A stretch of 64,000 nucleotides of DNA, from assembly GCA_051362555.1 (NCBI GenBank), contig CM120641.1, positions 24,682,401 to 24,746,400 of the forward strand. The letters run 5' to 3'. The notes below the pieces were generated by a model. It worked only from the letters and a program-made list of their open reading frames with translations, had not been told where the DNA came from and made no database searches. A program made the position numbers and the translations under genes. This document shows positions 52,270-64,000 of the stretch, piece after piece. This DNA is from Lingula anatina (taxonomy: Eukaryota > Animalia > Brachiopoda). Position 1 is the stretch's first letter. Each line of letters opens with the position of its first letter.

Positions 52270-53035
52270 TGTGGTCAGGGGGGTCCAAAACATAGACCCC
52301 TCAAATCCAGCTAGCAGGACTTTTTAGGGGAACCCTGAGAAACCCATTGGGGGTCCTCCAGCATGGCCTCAGGTATTCCAAACGGATACTGACAGACAAA
52401 TTGAGTGGTGGGGTGTGGCCGGCAGACCCTGATTTATAGGGGGTGGAAATCCGGCTAGCAGGACCTAAAAGTTAACCCTTAGAAAATAACTGGAAAATGT
52501 TCCTTAGAGTCCCAGGGAGGTAAAATGACCAACGACAGACAATTTAAGTGGTGGGTAGTGCCCGGCAGACACACCCAAAGAGCCACACCCCTAATGTACA
52601 GCTAGCATGCCCTAAAAGTTAACCCTTAGAAAATAACTGGAAAATGTTCTTTAGAGTCCCAGGAAGATAAAATGACCAACGACAGACAATTTAAGTGGTG
52701 GGTAGTGCCCGGCAGACACACCCAAAGAGCCACACCCCTAATGTACAGCTAGCATGCCCCAAAAGTTAACCCTGAAAAAAGAACTGGAAAATGTTCCTTA
52801 GAGTCGCAGGAAGATAAAATGACCAACAACAGACAATTTACATGGTGGGTAGTGGTCGGCAGACACGCCCAAAGAGCCACACCCTAATGTACAGCTAGCG
52901 GTACCAGTAATGTAACTCTTTCAAAACAAGCTGGATAATGTTCAGAAGAGTTCTAGGATATAGTACTGACCACTGCTAGACAAATTTAGTGGTGGGTACT
53001 ACCCAGCAGACACACTCAAATGCCACACCCCTGAT
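52270..53035 (+). repeat. Subterminal tandem repeats, about 147-bp unit, about 5 copies
   Basis: CTAGC anchors at 52311, 52455, 52602, 52749 and 52895; shared ACAGACAATTTAAGTGGTGGGTAGTG...GCCACACCC. Confidence 0.9.
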
Positions 53036-53807
53036 GGTTATAGGTGGCTCGTGTGCGAAAGTATATCGGCTTTTAAGCAAGCATTGTAACATAAAAGAAG
53101 AGGACAAATGCAAAATCTACACCGTTTGGATATTCGTATCCTTAAGAAAGGTAAGTATGAATAACCTAATTATTTGTCAAATCATTCTATTTAATTATAA
53201 TTAAACTTATACATCTACTAACCCTGTCGGGGTAGAAGTTTAAAAAGGCCTGATACAATGATCATAACATTTTTGTCAATGTCAGCTTAGTTCAGCTTTG
53301 TTTATGTAATGTGACACGGGTCAGAGACAAGCCAGCTGATGAGAATTCCGAGAATTTCAGCTTGACCCACTTTGAGTGGTAATTAAAGAATCATCAAACA
53401 CTTATCAAGGTTAGAAACAGAAGGGTAGAGGCAATTCTAGCCCTTAAAACAATCCATGTATTTATGGAGTCAAAAGTATTCATCTAAGATTACTTTCACA
53501 TAAACCAGATAGCCAAGGATATCAGGCAACCAAGGTAAAAATATTTTTCTTATATTAAAGGCTTATATTTATGAAAACAAGATTGAAATTTGCCAACCTC
53601 TTTGTATTGAAAATGCCACATGGCTTGAACTTATCTTGTCCCCATCGGCAATTGTTACATAGAATTTCTATATAACTTAACATGCAGATGAACAAGTTAA
53701 AAATGAATAAAATATTGTTAATTGCAGCATCATTATATAAAAGTCTAGACAAAATGTGACAGAATGTTTCACATATTTTTCCAGATAAAGAAGTTATAAA
53801 TTTCATA

Positions 53808-56800
53808 ATGGAATCTGAAGAAAGATCTTTAGGTTCTGAAAATGAAAGCACACAAGAGCTTATGTTTGGTGCACAACTTAACATGCCTGTTGATAGTAAT
53901 ATGGAGGTATGTGTTTTTAGTTTCATCTTTTCTACATTAAATAGTCAAAACAAGTGATCATTCATGATGTTCATTAATGTTATTATGAAGATGTAAACAA
54001 ACAATTTGGTATAATGTTTTCTAAAAATTAATAATATCTGTATTTTTTCAGTAGCAATATGTTGTTTTTTTTTTGTTTCTATAGAAAATTTTCTTTATCA
54101 CATTTCAGAAAACTGATGACATGCATTCTCAACCGAAATGCATTTTTTGTTCTCAAGACAAAGAGGAGGATGACAAAATGAAAATGTCGAATGACCAGAC
54201 ATTTTTAAGCATTGAGAGAGCTGCAAACTCACACAAAGAACGAAATGCAGACATTTACCACAGAGTCACACAAAGCATTTTGGTAAGTCAGGAAACTTCT
54301 TTTCCATATCACCCATCATGCTATATACAGCAGTTAAGAGACCCAAAGAACCACTACCCTCTTCGGAGCCTCCCAACAAAACAGCACACATTGAGACAAG
54401 AAGCTTGAGTACAATGCCAAAATCAGATGACCAGGGTCTTCTAAAAGGCACATGAATTTTTTGTGGAAAGGCACGTAAAACGAGAAGGGGAAAAGAAGAA
54501 CCAAGACTTAGGATATCAACATCAGATGGATGTGAATCTATTTTACAGCGAGCCAAATTTTCCAAAAATGAAGCCTTCAAAAGCCTTGTACTAAGTGGTG
54601 TGGATCTTAGGGCAAAAGAGGCAGAATATCACAAATCATGCAGAGTCGAATTCCTACGAGAGACTGATTGTTTTGAAAAGACTGCTGCTATAAGTACACC
54701 TCAGGCATTCCATAAGAAAGCATTTGATTGTATCAAGTATTATATTGAAAATGAAGTTGTGCTCAAAGAAACCCCTTTATTGATTAGTCATTTACTAACA
54801 CTGTACATAGAAGAATATATCACTGCAGGAGGAGAAGGAGGAGACATTGAAGACTATGCCATGCGACATCTGACAAGAAAGATAAAAGAACAGCTGAGTG
54901 ACAAGGTGACAGTAAAATTAGCAGATCAACGCAGTGGTAACTTTGTCTTCAGTAATGATATGACAGAAGAAGAGGCAAGGGTTCGTTTGTATACAAACTC
55001 CGAGAAGAATGAAGAAGATGTGAGTTAAAATGGGCAGCAACTCCCCAAAAGTAAGACCCCACATCCAGCTACAGTACAGAACCTAAAAGAATGTTCCCCA
55101 CAGATACCTGACCAGCTACAGTTATTTTTCAGATTTCTCCTTGGTGGCACATATGAACAAAACAATAGGGAAGTGCTGGACAGGAAAGTAAATGCCTTGG
55201 CCTCTGATGTTATCTTTAATGTGTCGAGGGCCACTGTAAAGCCTTGGAAACATGTAGCTATGGGTCTTGGATTTTCATCTTAAACTGGGTCTAAACTAGC
55301 AATCCAGATCCTCAATAGGTTGGGCCACTCTATTAGTTACGTTGAGGCAAAGGGCCTGGAAACGGAATTCGCATACTCTGTCCAGGTTGAAGGCAGTGAC
55401 GCCCCAGACGGAATCCAACTGAAACCTAATCTTGCGACAGCTAGTGTCTGGGACAACAATGATGCTCATGTGGAAACGTTAGACGGTGAGGAAACCCTAC
55501 ATGCCACTGTGGGACATACCTACCAAAATATCCTTCAAGATGGCAATTTCCAAAGCACTAGCATAATGAATTTTAGAGAAGGGAGAACCAGGCGCAATTT
55601 TGAAGGTTATCAGCATACTATCCAACCATATAGAAAGCCCCTTAACAGAGCCCAGTTTATTCTCTCTCCATCCAGTACAACATCCCTGGACACAAACCAA
55701 TATTCATCCCTCCTTACCCCACTCGATTTCCTATGGTTCTGGAAGCTCGGTGAGTACCTCTACATGCAGGATTCATGAGCAGTTTCATCACAGATCCCTT
55801 GCCAGTGCAAAAAATATGCTACATGGATCCTATACTTAAGTCCCCTACAAACAACGATGTGGTGAGGGAAACAATGCTGAGAACAATGAATATTGCAAAA
55901 GAAACTGGCCAAGATTATGCTGTGGTCACATATGACTAGGCAATTGCTTTAAAGGCGTACTCTATCCAGTCCCTTGATGCATCATTATTTGACAAGCTGC
56001 TGATTATGCTTGGCAACTTCCACACTGAGCTTGCATTTTATGGAGCAGTGGGAACCTACATCAATGACAGTGGCATTGAGTTCATCCTCTCGGAGTGTGA
56101 TATCCTGGCAGAGGGGTCCATGATGGGGTTCATAAAGGGCAAATTTTATAACCGCTGTTCTAGAATCCATGAATTATTAGCCACTACCTTAGAAAAGAAG
56201 CTCTACAACTGCTTTTTGGTAGACATTCCAGATGAAGAAAAGCATGAAATACAATCTTTGATGTCTTCAGTGCCTTCAGACCCAGCCTCAGTAGAAGAAT
56301 ACCTTGATACACCAGCAGTTCACTTCCATTTGCAATCTTATGAAGCTTTCTTTCAAGCAGTGCTCAGGGGATCTCTCGGTGCTACAGCTCAGTATTGGGG
56401 AATATGCATCTTTCTCATCAATCGCCTCCACAGGGATCTACAAAGATGTGTAAAAACCAATGATGTCAATGGCTACCTTTATGTTTTGCCTATAGTCCTG
56501 GAGGTTTTCTTTGCTCTTAACCGTCCAAACTATGCCAGATGGGGATCACTTTTCCTTCAGAAGCTCAAGAGTGCAGACGCGCCTAATTGAAATACTTGAA
56601 CAGGGTGCATTTTCCATCAGACGGATAAACAAGAGCTATAGTAGATCTGCAGTTGACCTCTCCCTAGAACAAACTGTCAACCGTGATGCTGCCTCCCGTA
56701 TGACAGGTATTGTGGCATTTAGAAACTCAGAAAATGCCATGCGCAGATGGTCACTGACCATGACACAGAGGGCTCTTGCTGTGACAGAACTTAAAGCAAT

Positions 56801-59044
56801 AACGGGAATGGAGCAAGGGGAAACCCCAGCATCTCAATGCAGGTCATCTAGAATAGAGAGAGACAACAGACAAATCAATTTACTGAGTACAAAGTTAGAT
56901 GAATTCTGCAACCCATTTTCTGAAGATTCGCCAGGAGCTCTCATCAATGTAGCCACAGGGCAAGAAGCAACCAAAGCTACAGCAGATTACTTGTTGAATA
57001 CACTAGAGAGAGGCAAGAATCAGAGAGAGAAATTCCAAGACGAATGGGAAAGTAACAGTAGAAGATTTCTTCAGCCCATTAAATGATGTCGCATCGATAA
57101 CTTTGCTGCACAGAATGTCACAAAAAAAACAAAAAGTATCTACTTCAAAGAGAGCAACCCAGAGTGCAGAAAGTGTGAGGGATATGTTCGTAAAAATTTT
57201 GATTGTAGTCGCTGAAAAGACTCACTTTGACTTACAAAATACCCTTTCATATCCACTAACACCATACCCTCTGTCCATAGCACATTGTGATGGATCCCTC
57301 GTGAAAACAGACAAAGCAGCCTTGGCAAAGCGACTGGAGACATATCAGACACAACAAATTTTAGAAGAAGATCTCCCAATACAGTTTTCACAAGCCTTTG
57401 ATGGAGGGCTTGTTCTGCACACCATCCTTTCCCAGACCAATATTGGAGCTTCGTATGCTACTATTGCTCGATGCATTCTTTCTTTTCTTTGTTCTGGGCG
57501 AACCCAAGAGGTCCATCTCTGTTTCGATAAATACATGAAGAATTCAATCAAAGATAGTGAACGGAGCCTGCGTGGTGCCTCAGAAACCCAGTATACCATC
57601 ACTGGCCCAGACCAAACCATAAGACAAAGTGGAAAGAAGCTTCTTTCAAACACTGGATTCAAGACTGCGCTTTCCAAATTTCTGCTGAACGAATGGCAGA
57701 ATGACCAGTACTACAATATACTTGAAGGAAAAAGTCTATTTGTCTCCTATGGTGGCAAGTGTTTTCAGTATCAAGGCAATGGTGAACAATCCAGTTCCAT
57801 AACCACCACCAGTCCACCACACCTGCAAGGCAACCATGAAGAGGCTGATACCCTCATCGCCTTCCATGCAGTGAATATTGATGGTAGTATCATTGTACGA
57901 GCTTCAGATACTGATATACTCGTTATATTGATTGGTATCATTGGGCAACACAGAGACAACATAGGTAACATCATCATGGACAGTGGCATGGGAAACAATA
58001 GAAGATACATCAATGTAACCAACATTGCTGATGTCCTTGAAGATCGCAAAAGTGGATTATCAAGGGCATTGCTTGGATATCATGCCTTTACTGGCTGTGA
58101 TTTTACCTCTGCATTTTACAGGTATGGCAATTTTTAAAATTATCTTTTCATGTTTTTATGTGTGAACTTTTATAATTACAGCGATATTGCAATTTTTTCT
58201 CATTCCAAACTTGATATTGTTTATTATTTAATGTTTGTGTATATTTAGTACATAATGAATATAATCTTCACCTATACTTGTGTTGTTTTGCCTAAATGTC
58301 TATCAGTATACATATTTTTTTAAGAAAGGGGAAAACAAAGTTTCTGAACTGGCTAGAAAGTCATGAAGATAGCAGTAGACGGTTTGTGGATTTCTTCATT
58401 AGTATGGGGATACCCCTGGCCATGGTGGATGCTGATATTGCTTCAGAGTTTGTTTGCCTCATGTACTCCCAAGGCAAAGTGCGTGATGTTAATGAAGCAA
58501 GACACCAGCGACTTATTCAAATGACAGGAAAGTTTGATCAGGTACCTAAGAATAATTTAATTTTTAATTTGCACAAATTGAATACAGTATCTAATACAAG
58601 AAATGCCAAAACAAATACAATATTGCCTCTATATGATTTTTTTTCTTTTTTGAATTACAGCATAGTCCACTTGCAAACATCCAAAAGATTGACTGTGCCC
58701 TATTACCACCATGTCGCCATACCCTTGAGATGAAAATTTGTAGGGCTCAGTACGTTACCTCAATTTGGACACGTGCTGCAACAGCCAATCCTAGCGAGGG
58801 AATGATGCCTGTAGACTATGGATGGGCTGTTGATACAAGTGATAACCTGTTGAAGCCGGTGTGGTTTGAGGGATCAGCTATTCCAGATGATATGTTTGCG
58901 GATAGAGATCATATTTTAGATGATTCTAGTCTAGATGAAGATGACATTGTGTCAAGTGAAGAAGAAATGACTGACAGAGATCCTACATCAGATACAGAGA
59001 GCGAAGCATGGAGTGAGGAATCAGACTCAGAATTTGATGAGTGA
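53808..59044 (+). pseudogene. Disrupted transposase fused to an XPG/FEN1-like (PIN/H3TH) nuclease, with spliceosomal introns
   Basis: Motifs across broken frames: CIFC...YHxSC (twice), WDNND..VETLDG..TLH, VVTYD*AIA, MLGNFHTE, NRPNYARW, DLSLEQTVN, HEEADT, SDTDILV, HAFTGCDFTSAFYR|KGK, LPPC...RAQY...IW...GW, then an acidic tail. Several in-frame stops and frameshifts. Phase-correct introns at about 53908-54108, 58122-58324 and 58542-58660. Confidence 0.85.
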
Positions 59045-59597
59045 AACATTTGTTTTTCCATTTTTCACCCACTTATAATTTTTAAGGGTGGATTTGAACT
59101 CTACAATGGGTGTTGTTTTTTTGGATGTCAACATGCATTATCAGTAGAAATAATAAAATGTGTTTGATAATGATGCAATAAAGCGATGTAATTGTATACC
59201 AAATTGGCAAGAACTTATTACATTAAAATTTCACAAGAAAATGAAAATACCCATTATTCTTCAACTTGTAAAAATTATTAAAATATTGAATTATATACCA
59301 CACCTATTTTCGGGCTCAATTTTTTTCATGTCTTTGTTTGTTTAATGTGCCAAATTGATGTGGTCATGATATTGTTTAATTTTTTTGTCATTTCTGTATG
59401 CATTTGTAAGTTAAATAACAATGTTCAAATAAAAATGTATCTTTATGAATAGATTATTATTTACAAGCATAGAACTATTTGAATTACTTTTAATTTCAGC
59501 TAAAAACTATCTCGAAAAGATTTTTCTTTTTGTTCTGTGGAATGTTATCAATGGAATGTTATACAGTCAGTTATACAGTCAGGGTTCACCTGGGACA

Positions 59598-62500
59598 TCA
59601 TTTATGTGGTGACCTTGCCACATAAGTCATAATGGCAGACTGGAGCATTGACGATCTCTGAGCATCCTCTTCCCTCATTCGAATAAGTTCCTTGTCTTTT
59701 TCTCTGACTTTTTCTTGCAAACTCTCAATTTCTCTTTCCTTATCATGGATGAGTTCCCTGTGCTTTCCTGTTTGCTCTGAAGATAAAATGTAATGCCAAT
59801 TTCATGTCATTGCTGTTAGATAGAAAGCCATTTTATGTAAAAAAAAACTTGCTGTCAATTATCCAAAGCATTTTTAATGGTAATACAGTACATATTTAAC
59901 AAAATAATACAGTTAAGGGAGAGAAGTGTCACAGAGATTAACATACCTGAGATTTGCCTCTTCAGTCTTCCTATTTCTTCTTTCAATTCATTCTGAGCTT
60001 GCCTTTCAGTTTCTAATTGAGCCATTTTCTGTTTAACTTCCAGTTTTACTTTCCCAACTTCAGCCATCATCTCATTGTTCTTCCCAGACAATTCCTTGAT
60101 TAGAAAACAATAACTAGTAGAATATAGCAATTCAATTATAACAAAACTTTCATAACAAATACAAAATCAATAATTAAGTAATTAACACATATGCACACAT
60201 TAATTTTCTTTGATTCATTATTATAATTGAATTGCCAAGAAAGCCTATTCACCCTAAGTGTCAGAGTAAACTGGAAACTGATATTTTAAATCACAGTGAC
60301 TCCTGCCATTTTCAGTAACTGTTATAAGCAACCCCAAGAGACATGCTGCTTACAGAGGTCACTCAGGGTGTTCTTACTGTGTTCTGTGCATCAATCCTTC
60401 TCTTGTGTGTCTCAAGTTCTAGCTCCATGCTGCTGTTCTTCCCTTGAAGCTCTAATATCAGGGCCTTCTGGTGGTTACTATGAGACTGCAGCTCATCCTT
60501 GGACTGTTGCAGGATACGCATTCTGTCTTCCAGCTGCTTCTGATGTTGCTCCTAATGGGGTGAAACAACTTTTAACACCTGAATATACACATATCTGTAA
60601 GATTGAGGATATAGTTACTAAGAGACAAATGATGTGTTAATAAAAGTTACGTATATCAAACTTGTATCAAAATGCATTTTAATTCAAACTTAATAATACA
60701 TATCTTTAATTAATTCAAGCAAACAAAAAAAAAGCACATTATTTAAAATGTTCTTTTACAAGTTAATTTGACTAGTATTTGTCTGAGATTCAACATGAGT
60801 AAGTTGGCCTAGAGCTTCCACCCACCTCATCAGACCTTATTTTCTGCTTAACTGTGGCCAATTCCTCCTCAGCTTTGATCCTGTCAGCCGCTGCCTGAGA
60901 TTTCAGCTTGCTCACTTCTTCTTCCAACTCCAAACGCTGCCTCTCTAGTTTGTTGATTCTTTCTCTCAGCTGCTTCTCAGTGTCATCAAAGTCTTGCTGT
61001 AGCTTGGCAATCTGATATAGAAGTTACAAGTTTTAAAATTAACAATATTCTTTTTTATAACAAATGAAACTGATGTGAAGTCTTGTTCATGTCAGTATCA
61101 GTATTAAATGAAAGTGATTCAATACACTACAGTTAGACTTTTTTTTTTCATGGTGACCCATCCACATAAAAAGCCAAGTAAATGTAAAATCAATTAGCAA
61201 TCTTTGGAAATGGAATAAATATCATGACACTGTAATAAATATGCTTTAAAATGAAACACCTGTCTCACCTCTCGTGTCTTGAGAGACTCCACCTCTTGTA
61301 AAATTTCTTTGTTTTTTTGCTTTTCATTATTAAATTTCTCTGCAAAGAAGAAGTAAACCATCAGACATCAGTGACAACACAAAGACAAAAGGAACTTCAT
61401 TGGTAAAATAATGCTCAAAATTTACCGTACTAATTGCTTATTATGTAAAAACACTAATTATAAGAGCAAACCTTCATAATGTGCTCCTTTAAGTTTTATG
61501 TCAGCTTGTGCATGTGTCAGCTGCTCTTTAAGATCATATATCTGATCTTGTTGCTGCTTGCCCTTTCTGCTAAGTTCATCTTCCTGACAAAATAATAATG
61601 ACAACAATCATGAGAAGGATTTTTCAAAATGTTAATATTTGTGCCTAGCAAGCAAAAAGAAAGCATGTTTATATATAAATATTGTCTATTCATGTTAAAT
61701 AGTGTTTGACCCTTGTTTGGGAAGCTAAGTAATTAAACAAGATTACCAATTTAAATGACTTATTCCATTCTCTAATTTTGGTCTGAAATTGAAAACTTTA
61801 TCAAAACAGAACCATTAAACTATTTCAAATGTGCCATAATTTTTTAACTACTTATTATTTCAATTCACCGTAGCTTCTAGCTGCACATTTCTGTCATTAA
61901 CTTCAGAAAATTCCCTTAAAAGTCTGCTTTCCACAGAGGCTCTGTCCTGAAAGCAGCAGAAAGTCAATTAACAAAATATAACAAATGATACATAAGGCAA
62001 ATATGAAAAATGTTCATGATGAAATGCACTGTCATATATAGGCTGACTTTTGCGTGAGGTTAAATATAAGGCCAAATATAAAAGAAGGCAGTAATTCATA
62101 CAAACTGAAAAGAAGAAATTCTGGATGTTCATTACAAATAAGTACAATATGTGACAGTAATATTAAAAGGAAAAATGTACACGAAAAAAAGACAAAATAT
62201 CTGAACGGTCAATGTGCCAAAGCACAATCCCCATGTAGTATTGCACATGCAATATCTTGTTATTAAGTGCACTTACCTCTCTCTCCTGCCTCAGATCACT
62301 CTGATGCCTGATGCTCAGCTCTGACTGATCCTGTTTCATCCTGGCCACAAGGCCCTCTAAATGATGGGACTTTTGCTGCTCTAGAGCAAGTTCTGATTCT
62401 ACCATTGATAATCTGTAATAACAAAGTAAATGCTTAATCATGGGACTTATTTTTCTGTTTTGGAACCAGTTCTGACTTAACTACAGACAGTCATCGATAA

Positions 62501-62880
62501 CCTACAAATAAAGCCAAAAATTTAAAGAAAAGTGACGGCATATAAACACAGAAAAATATCATTATGTAAATGGTGCTATCTGTTTTATAGGTAAACGTAT
62601 ATAACCATATGCAAATGTTAATAATGGTTTCCAAAGAGTACAAATAGAAGCTATTCTTTTTAACAAGGTTTAATAGTAAAAAATGTTACTTTAAAAACCA
62701 GCTTTAACCAGTTTTAAAAAAGAAAGCATTGCCTAAGACTTACTTTGCTTTAAGTGACTTAAATGCAGCCTTCCTTTCATCCAGTGCTGACTGCAGCTGT
62801 CCAATCTTGTGTGAAGTGGACCGGGTGGTTTTTCTCATGAAATCTTCCTGCTCATCAATTTTATCCATCAATTCACTCAT
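59598..62880 (-). CDS. LRRC45: 3' coiled-coil exons of leucine-rich repeat-containing protein 45 (centrosome linker); the 5' part lies beyond the window
   Basis: Nine spliced coiled-coil exons (about 62880-62744, 62412-62277, 61946-61869, 61583-61492, 61339-61269, 61011-60826, 60551-60378, 60094-59948, 59776-59598). They end KELIRMREEDAQRSSMLQSAIMTYVARSPHK*, which resembles the LRRC45 C-terminus. The LRR exons are not visible. Confidence 0.7.
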
Positions 62881-63070
62881 CTGTAAGAATAGAATATATA
62901 GAAAATTCATAAACCATGCAAAAAAATATGACTATGCTGGTAAAAGTCCAAGAACATCATTTAACAGCAAGAAGAGTAATATACAAAGAAAAGTCATTAC
63001 TATGAAACAGAAAATAAATAACACCAAACAATTGACAGCATTTGCAAACACAAGTATTTGTCAATCTATT

Positions 63071-64000
63071 CTGATGTGTGTAGCATTCGTTGATTATGAA
63101 AAAGCCTTCGACTCAGTAGAAACCCAGTATATACTGGCATCCCTGCAAGATCTAGGGATCGAAGATGGATACGTAGACGTCCTCAGAGACATATACACCA
63201 ATAGCTCTGTAACAGTCAAACTACACAAGACCACCAATAAGATCAGGATCAAGAAAGGTGTACGCCAAGGAGATACAATCTCTCCTAAACTGTTCACAGC
63301 AGCATTGGAAAGTATATTCAGGGATCTAGACTGGCAGGACAAGGGCATAAACATAGACGGTACCAGGCTCAATCACCTTAGGTTTGCAGACGACATCATA
63401 ATAGTAGCAGATGATGCAAAAGACCTCGAAGAAATGCTACAGGCGTTAGCAGATGAAAGCGCAAAAAGTGGGCTAAAGATGAACACCAGCAAGACAAAGG
63501 TGATGTTTGGACCACTAACCACCCCTTGCACAGTGAAAGTCAACACCAAAGAGATAGAAGCAGTGGAAGAGTATATATACCTTGGGCAACGGTTCAGCCT
63601 TGGTGATCGAACACTGGAGAAAGAAATCCAACGAAGGATAAAAGCAGGATGGGCAGCATATGGGAAACACAATGACATCTTCAAGAGCAACCTTCCTACC
63701 TGCCTGAAAAAGAAAGTGTTCAATGCTTGTGTGCTGCCGGCAATCACCTATGGTTCAGAGACCTGGGCACTGAATGCCTCCATGGAACACAAGCTACAAG
63801 TAGCTCAGAGAAAGATGGAAAGAATTATGTTGAACATCAATCCAAGAGAGCGGAAAACGAATGTATGGTTACGTGAACAGACCAAAGTTAAGGACGTACT
63901 GCTCACAGTTAAAGAAATGAAATGGAGGTGGGCAGGACATGTCAAAAGAATGAGGGACAATAGGTGGACAATCAGGCTTACAGAATGGACCCCAAGGTAT
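63071..64000 (+). mobile_element. 5'-truncated RTE-clade LINE, open RT frame running off the window end, antisense in an LRRC45 intron
   Basis: Uninterrupted frame: AFVDYEKAFDSV, KGVRQGDTISPKLF, LNHLRFADD, EEYIYLGQ, VLPAITYGSETW, KWRWAGHV. Confidence 0.93.

Larger units (their letters stand above)
52148..59500 (+). mobile_element. Decayed Academ-like (AcademX-type) DNA transposon; boundaries approximate
   Basis: Candidate left end TAGTCCGGGATCCCAGA, subterminal 147-bp repeats, and a broken transposase-nuclease gene. No matching right TIR was found. Confidence 0.7.

Noticed and set aside
63094-63747. Minus-strand ORFs of 92 and 124 aa
   Set aside because: Antisense to the RTE reverse transcriptase frame.

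Overview
AT-rich, intron-containing animal genomic DNA, probably a marine invertebrate; the species cannot be determined from the sequence. Seven spliced protein-coding genes lie in strictly alternating orientation. In order: (-) an uncharacterised ~2000-aa protein with tandem calponin-homology domains, coiled coils and a TQT-motif array; (+) a kelch/KLHL2-3-like gene; (-) CHTOP; (+) MNS1; (-) VPS72/YL1 with a long Q-rich tail; (+) SGSH sulfamidase; (-) the 3' part of LRRC45. They form three head-to-head pairs with short shared promoters. Mobile DNA comprises a 5'-truncated L2/CR1-type LINE, an RTE-type LINE, several MITEs, a 3.8-kb Helentron/HINE-like element and a decayed intron-containing Academ-like (DDE plus XPG/FEN1-like nuclease) transposon just downstream of the LRRC45 stop. 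The Helentron-like element has a duplicated 5' end, a nested palindromic MITE and a 146-bp array with 4-mer higher-order structure. Gene models were built by hand from splice sites and reading phase. Family names come from recognised motifs, not database searches. No prokaryotic-type system, CRISPR array or RNA gene could be supported.
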